Of a DNA stretch of 20,799 nt, positions 1 through 7,585 are shown piece by piece. The stretch lies in assembly GCA_031364845.1 (NCBI GenBank), contig JANLWX010000041.1, forward strand, positions 1 to 20,799, given 5' to 3'. Position 1 is the stretch's first letter; every line of letters begins with the position of its first letter. The position numbers and the translations under genes were made by a program. The notes below the pieces were generated by a model that was not told where the DNA came from, ran no database searches, and saw nothing but the letters and a program-made list of their open reading frames with translations. Origin of the DNA: Candidatus Eiseniibacteriota bacterium (GTDB lineage Bacteria; Eisenbacteria; RBG-16-71-46).

Positions 1-1
1 T

Positions 2-850
2 GAGCCCTTTGAGAAAGGCAACATTTACGGAACCGGTCGCATTCGAAATCCCGATCTGAACGACTGGTTAAACAAGATCCATGGGGATCTGGAAAGCGCT
101 AATGGGGCCACGCTTCCGAATGTGCAGGATTTCATCAGCGAGTGGTCCCCGTCCGCGAATGCGGTTCAATGCATCGACGGAACTCCGATCGATTCGTATC
201 GATTCGACCTATTCGGCGCGCGATATCGGATTTTCAATGGGCCCCATGATCGATCGGGAGCCGGCTTTGGAGTCTACGAAACGACCTCCGACAGCATCAC
301 GTTCGAGATCGTGGGTGGCGCCGGTGGCGGGGGGACCGCGGTGTGGCTCCTGCCCGACGGAGCATGGTTCGAACGGTGGATCACAGTGATCGGATCTCCC
401 CAGAGCAACCTGGTCATCGTCGCGGGGAAGGGCACCAACACGACCTGCGAGCCCGCCATCAAAACCGGCGCCAATCCCGGCCTGTGGTTCCAGAGCGGGA
501 TTCGTTCCAGGGGCACTGGTGGGATCTCCGATCCCGGTCCCAACCTCTTTCTTGTTTCTGATGGGACGGTTGCGCTCGACCGTTTCCGGGGAACCACACA
601 CGAGTACGAGATCACGTTCCTCTCGATCTTCGCCGGTGGGGTGTACATCCGTGGCCCCGCGGGCGCCGATGACCCGGTGACGGGCGTGCGCTATTACCGT
701 CGTTTCCAGATGACCCACCCCACCAACGATGACGCCGTCCTCGATCCGCTCTATGATGACAACCTCCTGCCCAACATCAAGGGACGCAACAAGACGTTCT
801 CGCTCGTCCCGGGCAGCTTCAACGAAACCGCCGACACGAATCCGAACTGA
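2..850 (+). CDS. C-terminal part of an uncharacterised, probably extracytoplasmic protein (possibly a PilX/minor pilin-associated or adhesin-like protein); 5'-truncated by the window edge
   Basis: The frame of ORF 122..850 is open back to base 2 (EPFEKGNIYGTGRIRNPDLNDWLNK...). It stops at TGA 848-850, 25 nt before pilM on the same strand. Gly/Thr/aromatic-rich. Function is inferred from context only. Confidence 0.6.
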   Translation, partial: EPFEKGNIYGTGRIRNPDLNDWLNKIHGDLESANGATLPNVQDFISEWSPSANAVQCIDGTPIDSYRFDLFGARYRIFNGPHDRSGAGFGVYETTSDSITFEIVGGAGGGGTAVWLLPDGAWFERWITVIGSPQSNLVIVAGKGTNTTCEPAIKTGANPGLWFQSGIRSRGTGGISDPGPNLFLVSDGTVALDRFRGTTHEYEITFLSIFAGGVYIRGPAGADDPVTGVRYYRRFQMTHPTNDDAVLDPLYDDNLLPNIKGRNKTFSLVPGSFNETADTNPN

Positions 851-875
851 TCCAGGGACTTTGGGAACGAACTGA

Positions 876-1919
876 ATGAGACCAGGGATTCGCTCGCGCC
901 CGTGGGCGGGAATCGATGTCGGCAGTTACAGCGTGAAGCTCGTCGCCACGATGGGCACGCGCCATTGGGTCGCCGAAGTGCCGAACACCGTTCCCGAGCA
1001 CGAGCGCGAAACCGCGCAGGGACGTCAGGCGCTGGCGCGGCTGGTCGCGGACTGCATCTCGAAGACGGGTCTCTCGCCGCGCGGCTTTCGCGGCATCACG
1101 ATCGGCATCGCGGGCCCCGACGTGATCCTCAAGCAGATCCGCCTGCCCTACATGGACGAAGCCGAAGTCGGCTCCGCGCTGCGTTTCGAGGCGCGCAAGC
1201 ACCTGCCGTTCGATCCGCAAGGGATGGTGATCGACTTCCAGATCGTCGGGCGATCGATCACCGAGAAGCGCATGGACATCCTGCTCGCCGCGGTCTCGCA
1301 GGACCGTCTCGACCGGCTGACGGCGCCGTTGCGTCTGCTGGGGCTCGATGCGGACATCGTCGACGCCACGCCGCTCGCGCTCACGAACGCGCTGTTCCAC
1401 CAGGTGGCACTCACGCCGCAGACCCAGATGCTGCTCGACCTCGGCGATTCGGCCTCGCACCTGATCCTGCATCAGCGCTCGGAGCCTTATTTCGCGCGGC
1501 GTTTCGATTTCGGCGGCCGCAGCATCACGCAGGCGATCGCGCGCGGCATGAAGATCCCGTTCGAGGAGGCCGAGGCGTGGAAAGTCTCGCTCGCCGATGG
1601 AGGTCCCGCCTATGAGATCAACTGGGCGTTGCCCGAGATGAACTTCATCCTCGATACGCTGCGCTTCGACCTGATCGAGGAACTCAAGCGCTCAGTCGCG
1701 TTCTATCGCACGATCGGCAAGCTCAGCGAACCGTTCACGCTGTGGCTGTCGGGCGGCGCGGCGCGTCTGCCGGGACTGGCGCAGCGGCTCCAGGAGTTGC
1801 TCGAGGCGCCGGTCGAAGTGTTCGATCCCTTGAAGTCCGTCAACGGCGACCGCCCGGCGGGGGCTTCCAAAGGGCCGCAATTCGCGCAGGCGCTAGGCCT
1901 CGCACTGAGGACTCCATGA
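876..1919 (+). CDS. pilM: Type IV pilus assembly protein PilM (actin-like/FtsA fold)
   Basis: N-terminal GIDVGSYSVK phosphate-1 motif, 'FEARKHLPF...IDFQIV', LDLGDSAS, LSGGAARLPGL, C-terminal 'ALGLALR'; first gene of an MNOPQ-like run. Confidence 0.92.
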   Translation: MRPGIRSRPWAGIDVGSYSVKLVATMGTRHWVAEVPNTVPEHERETAQGRQALARLVADCISKTGLSPRGFRGITIGIAGPDVILKQIRLPYMDEAEVGSALRFEARKHLPFDPQGMVIDFQIVGRSITEKRMDILLAAVSQDRLDRLTAPLRLLGLDADIVDATPLALTNALFHQVALTPQTQMLLDLGDSASHLILHQRSEPYFARRFDFGGRSITQAIARGMKIPFEEAEAWKVSLADGGPAYEINWALPEMNFILDTLRFDLIEELKRSVAFYRTIGKLSEPFTLWLSGGAARLPGLAQRLQELLEAPVEVFDPLKSVNGDRPAGASKGPQFAQALGLALRTP

Positions 1920-2494
1920 GCGTTCTGTTCACGATCAACTTCCACCGCGAGGCCTACCAGCGCGAGTTGGCACGTGCGCGCCGGCGCGTGATCCTGCTCG
2001 GCGTGTGGGTCGCCTACTTCGGCGTGATCGGCGTGGTGATGGGCCTCTACGGGCTCAACTGCATCTCGCTCAACCGGCGCGTCGCGTTGATCGAGCGCCA
2101 GTCGAAGCGGCTGGATCAGCAGCAGGGTGCGGCGGCCAACTGGACCGTGCGCCCCGGCGAGGTCACGGCGATCGAAGCCTATGTGCAGAATCCGCGCCTG
2201 TGGCGCAACCGCCTGGTGCAGTTGTCGACACTGCTCCCTCCCACGGTCAAGGTCACCTCACTCGCGGTCAATCCACAGAACCTGAGTGCCGCGGCCGAGC
2301 AGAACAAGCTCGTCATCACCGGCGTCGTGCGGCCGGCCGCGGGACAGGACCGCATGCAGAGCGTGATGAGTGTCGTCTCGACGCTCCACAGCGACTCGCT
2401 GTTCTCCGCCGGCTACCGCAACATCAAGCTCGCCTCGACCCGCGTGCTGGAGGGCTCGGACGGCGGCGCCGAGTTCGTGATCGAATGCCGATGA
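1916..2494 (+). CDS. pilN: PilN-like inner-membrane alignment protein
   Basis: ATG 1916 overlaps the pilM stop (ATGA). MSVLFTINFH (variant of the PilN INLLP motif), basic stretch, one TM (ILLGVWVAYFGVIGVVMGLYGL), coiled coil, then 'LSTLLPPTVKVTSL...LVITG' and terminal 'FVIEC'. Confidence 0.82.
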   Translation: MSVLFTINFHREAYQRELARARRRVILLGVWVAYFGVIGVVMGLYGLNCISLNRRVALIERQSKRLDQQQGAAANWTVRPGEVTAIEAYVQNPRLWRNRLVQLSTLLPPTVKVTSLAVNPQNLSAAAEQNKLVITGVVRPAAGQDRMQSVMSVVSTLHSDSLFSAGYRNIKLASTRVLEGSDGGAEFVIECR

Positions 2495-3048
2495 ATCCGG
2501 TGCTCGCCGCCACGCTGCGGCGCAACTGGCCGCTGGTCGGCGCAGCCTTTCTGTTCGCGGTGTTCATGTTCGTTCATCAGGTCTTCTTCCAGCCGGCAGC
2601 GGCGCGCTACGCTGCCGCGATGAAGAAGGCGACGGAGCTCGGCCTCGCGCTCGATCCGTCGCAGTCCCCGGTCATGCTCCCACCGCGCGTGTTCGCGCTG
2701 GTCGCGGACAACGCACTTCCCGCCACGGAAGCGCAGGAACTCGGAAACTCGGGCGTGCTCACCGCGCGGCTGCTCGAGGACCTCGCCCGCATGATCGGCG
2801 AGCACGGCATGGAGGTGCTGATGACCGAGCCCGGCGCGGTCACGCAGCAGAGCCGCGCGGTGCAGGTGCGCGCCTCGCTCAAGATCCGCGGCCGCTACAG
2901 CGAGTTCGTCTCGCTGCTCGACGCCCTCGCGCGCGGCCGCGAGCTGATCGCGATCGACCGGTTCACGCTCACCTCGCAGGGTCAGGGTCAGGAACAGGTC
3001 GACCTGTGGGTCAGCCGCTACATCCTCAAGCAGGAAGTGAAGAAATGA
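2491..3048 (+). CDS. pilO: PilO-like / GspM-like inner-membrane protein
   Basis: ATG 2491 overlaps the pilN stop (ATGA). N-terminal TM followed by 'FFQP', 'LLEDLARM', and 'LKIRGRYSEFVSLLDALA...LIAIDRFTL', typical of the PilO ferredoxin-like domain. Confidence 0.8.
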   Translation: MNPVLAATLRRNWPLVGAAFLFAVFMFVHQVFFQPAAARYAAAMKKATELGLALDPSQSPVMLPPRVFALVADNALPATEAQELGNSGVLTARLLEDLARMIGEHGMEVLMTEPGAVTQQSRAVQVRASLKIRGRYSEFVSLLDALARGRELIAIDRFTLTSQGQGQEQVDLWVSRYILKQEVKK

Positions 3049-3545
3049 AGATCGATCCGAGATCTTTGATCGCGCCGATCTTCGGCGTGCTGGTGCTGGT
3101 GCTCGTGGTCCAGAACACCGCGGGCGCCCTCAAGGCGTCAGGCACCTGGCAGCCCGAAACCAAGAAGCGCGCGCGCACCGAAAGCCCCTACGCCAAGCTC
3201 GATCTCATCCTGTCGCGCGCCGGGACTTCCCCGTTGCCGGAGGCGATCCGCGATCCGTTCGGGTACGGTGGCGCGACTCCACGCCCCAGCGTCACTCCGT
3301 CGGTGCCGCGGAAAGCCGTCGAACCGAAGGTGATCGTACCCGTCGAACCGGCGCGCCCCTCGCTCACCGCGATCATCTGGGACGATGACCCGAGGGCCAC
3401 GGTGCGCTGGGAGGGCCGGGACTTTTCCGTCAGGGCGAACAGTCTCTTTGCCGATTTCACGGTCAAGAGCATCCGCCCCACCGAAGTCGTACTCGAACGT
3501 GGTGGCCAGCAGATGGTCCTGCGCTTGATCAAAAAAGGAGATTAG
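3045..3545 (+). CDS. PilP-like / GspC-HR-like protein with an N-terminal membrane anchor
   Basis: ATG 3045 overlaps the pilO stop (ATGA). Hydrophobic N-terminus, RDPF motif, Pro-rich linker, beta domain 'LTAIIWD..PRATV...VKSIRPTEVVLE'. Sits between pilO and the secretin. No Cys, so no lipobox. Confidence 0.7.
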   Translation: MKIDPRSLIAPIFGVLVLVLVVQNTAGALKASGTWQPETKKRARTESPYAKLDLILSRAGTSPLPEAIRDPFGYGGATPRPSVTPSVPRKAVEPKVIVPVEPARPSLTAIIWDDDPRATVRWEGRDFSVRANSLFADFTVKSIRPTEVVLERGGQQMVLRLIKKGD

Positions 3546-3546
3546 C

Positions 3547-4857
3547 GTGATCGGGTTTCAGGGATCGCCGGCGCGAGCCGTCAGGAAATCGGTGTTCGCG
3601 CGCTGGGTGTCGGGCATGCTCGGACTCGCGATCGGATTGATGCTGTTCGTTCCGGGCAGCGTTTCACTCGCCGCCGACAAGCTCATCACGCTCGATGCGG
3701 AGGACGCCTACCTCCCGACCGTGCTCAAGATCCTCGCCGAGAAGGGCGACCTCAACATCATCACCGGCCCCGGTGTGTCGGCCGGAAGGCTTTCGATCCA
3801 CATGAAGGACGTTCCGATCGATCAGGCCGTGAACCTGGTCGTGCGCGCGGCCGGGCTCTCCTACGAGCGCATCGGCAACTCGATCCTGGTCGCGGATGCG
3901 AAGACGCTGAAGGAAGAAACGGGTCTGTCGTCCTACGTCGTCGAGCTGAAGTACGCCGATGCGCACGACGTCCAGGCGGCGATCAAGGGCCTCTCGGCGG
4001 ACATCCAGATCGACGAGGGCGGCAACCGGCTGATCGTCGTCACGAGCCCGCGCGTGATCTCCGAGATCCGCGAAGTCGTCCGGGTGCTCGACGTTCCCGC
4101 GAAGCAGGTGATGCTCGAGGCGCGCGTGGTCGAGGTCTCGACCGATGACGTGAAGCGGCTCGGAATCGACTGGGATCAGCTGAGCCGCCAGGGCTTCATC
4201 TTCGTCGAAGGCACCTACGACTCGTCGGTCGGCACCGGCGACCAGATCACGAATACCCAAGTGTTCCCGAACACACCGGGCACCAACGACATCTTCAAGC
4301 TGCGAAACTTCAGCCGCACGGCACAAGTGTTCCGCGTGGCGCTCGATCTCCTGATCCGCGACGGCAACGCGCGGGTGCTCGCCAATCCGAAGATCGCCAC
4401 GCTCAACGGGCGCGAAGCCTCGATCCTGATCGGCACCCGCATCCCTTACACGACGACGGGCACCGTGTTCGCCGGTGGCGCTGCCGCGCCCACCCAGCGG
4501 ATCGAGCGCGAAGAAGTCGGCATCAAGCTGCGCATCACGCCGCTCATCAACGCCGACGGCTACATCACGACGCAGATCAACCCCGAGGTCAGCTCGGTGA
4601 TCGGGTTCCGTGGCGTCAACAACGACCTCCCGGTCATTGCCACACGCCAGGCGAGCACCACCGTGCGGCTCAAGGACGGCAACTCGGTGATCATCGGCGG
4701 CCTGTTGAGCGAGGAACGGACTTCGACGGTGTCGAAGGTCCCGATCCTCGGCTCGATTCCCGGGATCGGATATCTGTTCCAGCATCACGTCACCGGGGTC
4801 ACGAAGAAGGATTTGGTGATCGAAGTGACGCCGCGGATCCTGGCGGAACAGCAGTAG
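3547..4857 (+). CDS. pilQ: Outer-membrane secretin (PilQ/GspD family), compact form
   Basis: GTG start after SD AAAAGGAG (3533-3540). Signal peptide, N0/STN-like domain, one N3-type domain (LKYADA...NRLIV...LDVPAKQV), secretin core (QVMLEARVVEV, LANPKIATLNG, VGIKLRITP, IIGGLL, KVPILGSIPGIGYLF, VTPRI). Confidence 0.92.
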   Translation: MIGFQGSPARAVRKSVFARWVSGMLGLAIGLMLFVPGSVSLAADKLITLDAEDAYLPTVLKILAEKGDLNIITGPGVSAGRLSIHMKDVPIDQAVNLVVRAAGLSYERIGNSILVADAKTLKEETGLSSYVVELKYADAHDVQAAIKGLSADIQIDEGGNRLIVVTSPRVISEIREVVRVLDVPAKQVMLEARVVEVSTDDVKRLGIDWDQLSRQGFIFVEGTYDSSVGTGDQITNTQVFPNTPGTNDIFKLRNFSRTAQVFRVALDLLIRDGNARVLANPKIATLNGREASILIGTRIPYTTTGTVFAGGAAAPTQRIEREEVGIKLRITPLINADGYITTQINPEVSSVIGFRGVNNDLPVIATRQASTTVRLKDGNSVIIGGLLSEERTSTVSKVPILGSIPGIGYLFQHHVTGVTKKDLVIEVTPRILAEQQ

Positions 4858-4861
4858 CAGT

Positions 4862-5182
4862 CTAGAGGCGCGCGAACGATGCGACGCGCAGCACACCCGC
4901 GATCCATCCCAGCCACTGGCCGACGGCGACCGTCAGGGCGACGGTCACCAGCGCCATGCCGACGGTGGCGAGGCGCGGGGTCTGATTGCGGTACTGGTAG
5001 AGTCGCACGATCAGGAGCGGGATGATCACGCCTTTGACCAGCACGAACACGGGCCAGTTGTTGTGGGCGATCCCGGCGAGCAACGGGTTGCCTTCCCGGT
5101 TGCCGAGCCAGTGGATTCCAAGCGCGGTGGCAACCAGATCGAGGCTATTGGCGAGGATGGCGAGAAACAGAACGATGCGCAC
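4862..5182 (-). CDS. Small multi-TM membrane protein, DUF5658-like
   Basis: GTG start at 5182 (alternative 5194). 'NSLDLVATALGI...REGNPLL...VLVKG' matches the D-x3-T...E-x-N-P...K pattern I associate with DUF5658. About three hydrophobic segments. The N-terminal extension of ORF 4862..5494 overlaps pilD and is not credible. Confidence 0.72.
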   Translation of the reverse strand: MRIVLFLAILANSLDLVATALGIHWLGNREGNPLLAGIAHNNWPVFVLVKGVIIPLLIVRLYQYRNQTPRLATVGMALVTVALTVAVGQWLGWIAGVLRVASFARL

Positions 5183-5227
5183 CGGGGCAGCCACTCCGCT
5201 GGGATCCTCACTCGTGAACGAGCCTCG

Positions 5228-5256
5228 ATTGTGCCAGAGGCCATGGGCCACGGCAA
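5228..5256 (-). promoter_or_regulatory. Candidate sigma70 promoter for the DUF5658-like gene
   Basis: Minus strand TTGCCG (5256-5251), 17-nt spacer, CACAAT (5233-5228), preceded by an extended -10 TGn. Confidence 0.45.
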
Positions 5257-5324
5257 CGGATACCCGCTTCGGGTACCCAGGAAATCCCGGTCCCACCCGG
5301 ATCGCCGCATGACCGATCGAGTGG

Positions 5325-6083
5325 ATGCAGTACCCGGTCGCGGCCCTGTTCGGGGCGATCATGGGAAGTGCCGTGACCGCCCTGGCCTGGCGCCTTCCGC
5401 GAGGGCAGTCGTGGGTGCACGGACGGTCCGCCTGCCCTGCCTGCGGCCACGTGCTCACGGTGTGGGACCTGTTTCCGGTCCTGTCGTGGGCCATGTCCCG
5501 CGGCCGCTGCCGCCATTGCGGCGCTAAGGTCTCGTTCCGCTATCCGCTGACCGAACTGATCTGCGCCGCGTGGGCGGTCCTGCTGCTGCGCGAGACGGGT
5601 CTGGTATGGGCGTACCCGCTGCTGGCCGTGTGGGGGTTCATCCTGGTCGCCCTGATCTGGATCGACCTCGACTTCCAGCTGCTTCCCGACGCCCTCACGT
5701 TCCCCGGCACCCTGATCGCGATCGGGGCGGCGCTCACGATTCCGGGCGGCGCGCGCCACGCCCTGTTCGGCGTGATCGCCGGCAGCGGCATCCTGTGGCT
5801 GCTCGCGTGGGGGTACTACCGGGTCCGGAAAGTCGAGGGCATGGGCGGGGGCGACATCAAGCTCGCCGCGATGTTCGGCGCGGTGCTCGGATGGCAGCTC
5901 GCGCTCGTGACGTTGTTCGTCGCCGCACTCGTCGGAGCGATCTGGGGCGGGCTGCTCATGGCGCGCAAGCAGGGCGACAACATGACCGCTCTGCCGTTCG
6001 GCACTTTGCTCGCGCCCGCGGCGATGATCGTGTTCCTGTGGGGCGGTGGCTGGGTGCGCGCCTATGAGGCGCTGTTGCGCTGA
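5325..6083 (+). CDS. pilD: Prepilin peptidase / N-methyltransferase (peptidase A24A)
   Basis: SACPACGH and RGRCRHCG Zn-binding pairs, 'SFRYPLTEL', WIDLDFQLLPD (first catalytic Asp), GMGGGDIKL (second catalytic Asp), C-terminal 'LPFGTLLA'; multiple TMs. Confidence 0.95.
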   Translation: MQYPVAALFGAIMGSAVTALAWRLPRGQSWVHGRSACPACGHVLTVWDLFPVLSWAMSRGRCRHCGAKVSFRYPLTELICAAWAVLLLRETGLVWAYPLLAVWGFILVALIWIDLDFQLLPDALTFPGTLIAIGAALTIPGGARHALFGVIAGSGILWLLAWGYYRVRKVEGMGGGDIKLAAMFGAVLGWQLALVTLFVAALVGAIWGGLLMARKQGDNMTALPFGTLLAPAAMIVFLWGGGWVRAYEALLR

Positions 6084-6143
6084 CACTCCGTGCGGGCGCC
6101 GAGGGCACGGCTTGCCCGCCGGAGGTCTGCGCGTTTTCGACCG

Positions 6144-6647
6144 CTAGTTCCTGGCTTCGTTGATGGCGTCGATGTTGATGGTGCTCTCCGCCAGCCGCGT
6201 CAGCCCCTTGTCGGTGTCACCTTCCTCATCGAGCGTCTTCTGCAGCAGCTTGGCCGCGTTGTCCATGCCGAGCGCCTTGCAGTAAGTCCGCAGGCAACCG
6301 TAGGCCGCCATCTCGTAGTGCTCGACGCGCTGGGCCGACGAGATGAGTCCCACGTCGAGCACGTCGGGTTCCGGTCCTTCTTCGATCAGTTCGGCGCCTT
6401 CGGCGATCAGACCTTCCATCGCCTTGCATTTCTTGCCGGCCGGCTGCTTGCCGAATTCCTCGAACACCAACTCCAGCCGCTCGACATGAACTTCGGTCTG
6501 CGCCAGGTGCTTCTTGAACGCGTCCTTGAGCTCGGGATGGGACGCCGCCTTCATCATCTTGGGCAGAGCCTTGAGGATCTGCTTCTCGGCGTTGTACAGG
6601 TCCTTGAGTTCTTCGACGCACAGCTTCGAAAGCGTGTCGATCTGCAT
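6144..6647 (-). CDS. yciF: YciE/YciF (DUF892) ferritin-like protein
   Basis: ATG 6647 with SD GGAGGT (6658-6653). ELKDLYNAEKQILKALPKM, HLAQTEVHVERLE, CKAMEGLIAEG, AQRVEHYEMAAYG, TLDEE. Confidence 0.92.
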   Translation of the reverse strand: MQIDTLSKLCVEELKDLYNAEKQILKALPKMMKAASHPELKDAFKKHLAQTEVHVERLELVFEEFGKQPAGKKCKAMEGLIAEGAELIEEGPEPDVLDVGLISSAQRVEHYEMAAYGCLRTYCKALGMDNAAKLLQKTLDEEGDTDKGLTRLAESTINIDAINEARN

Positions 6648-6969
6648 GGATGACCTCCGTGATGAGGGGATGGGATGGTTTGAAAGGATGTCTGCGCAGA
6701 ACAGCAGGCGCGGGGTCGTAGAGCACCATCCATGCCGGGAGCTTCGCTCAGCGATGTGCCCGAACACGCGTGCTCCCACCGCGCAATGCAGAGACCTCGG
6801 CACCGCCACATGAAATTCGAGACCCTTGAGCGTTGTCATCTCTTCCAAGCCGCCGGAGACCACCGGCAATTCCTACAAGGCAATCCCATGGCGACGACGA
6901 CAAGCGGCGCAAACACGGCGCGCGCGGCCCGATCGGCGCTCGGCTGTCGTTTTCGGCGAATGCCGCAGA

Positions 6970-6985
6970 TGGCACGGCGCGTGCA
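6970..6985 (+). promoter_or_regulatory. Candidate sigma54 (-24/-12) promoter
   Basis: TGGCACGGCGCGTGCA: GG-N10-GC spacing, one mismatch to TGGCACG-N4-TTGCW. Lies ~50 nt upstream of the lipoprotein ATG. Confidence 0.55.
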
Positions 6986-7034
6986 GACGGGAGGTGGTAC
7001 CGAACATCGATCCCAACTGAATCAAGGAGGAACC

Positions 7035-7526
7035 ATGAGAATTCCACGCCACCTCGGCCTCGTGCTCGGAGGGCTGCTCGTGATCGGCGCCCCCGTGCTG
7101 ATGGGCTGCGGAGAACAGAAGATGTCGCAGGAGATGCGGGAGCAGGAAACGGAGATGACGGAAGAATCGCGCCGCTGGGCAGACGACGTCACCCAGTGGA
7201 GCGGCATGCATCAGGAGATGCACGCGTGGCATGCGAGCCATCCGGCAATGCCCGCCGACACGTCCAAAATGCGTGAGCACGAAGAGAAGCTGGCGACGCA
7301 CGAGCAGGACGTCGCGAACTTCAGCCGCGATCTCGAGGAGCACCGCGCGCGGCTCGAGGAGGAGTCGAAGCTGCCGGAGAAGCAGCGCATCGCCGCACAC
7401 GCAGCGTTGTGGGCCAATCACATGAAGCTCAAGGCCGGCTACGAACTGACGGCCCGTGCCCACCGCGAGATCGGCGAACAGCACCAGGAAATCGTGGCCT
7501 CGTACGAGGCGGCGCACGCCAAGTAG
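7035..7526 (+). CDS. His/Met-rich helical lipoprotein, putative metal-binding protein
   Basis: SD AAGGAGG (7024-7030), ATG 7035. Signal peptide ending in lipobox LMG-C25. Mature 139 aa is Glu-rich and helical with 12 His and 8 Met. Confidence 0.78.
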   Translation: MRIPRHLGLVLGGLLVIGAPVLMGCGEQKMSQEMREQETEMTEESRRWADDVTQWSGMHQEMHAWHASHPAMPADTSKMREHEEKLATHEQDVANFSRDLEEHRARLEEESKLPEKQRIAAHAALWANHMKLKAGYELTARAHREIGEQHQEIVASYEAAHAK

Positions 7527-7553
7527 CCCTGGTGCGGATTCTCAACAAACCAC

Positions 7554-7577
7554 GGGGCTCCCACTCTCGGGAGCCTC
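7554..7577. terminator. Hairpin between convergent genes, possible terminator
   Basis: GGGGCTCCC-actctc-GGGAGCCTC. On the minus strand it is followed by GTGGTTTGTTG, a weak U tract. Confidence 0.4.
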
Positions 7578-7585
7578 GAGTGCCC

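Noticed and set aside
2005..2490. Long N-terminal extensions of PilN/PilO ORFs (starts 1742 and 2005)
   Set aside because: They overlap the upstream genes in other frames and are Arg-rich nonsense. ATGA-coupled starts at 1916 and 2491 fit better.
3664..4896. 410-aa antisense ORF, and similar ones at 17882..19237, 13021..13920, 8792..9817, 11564..12496
   Set aside because: Antisense shadows of well-supported genes, expected at high GC; no recognisable motifs.
6708..6785. Possible stem structure upstream of yciF (GCGCGG/CCGCGC, GAGCAC/GTGCTC)
   Set aside because: Short GC-rich stems with no canonical loops or known motif; compatible with chance.
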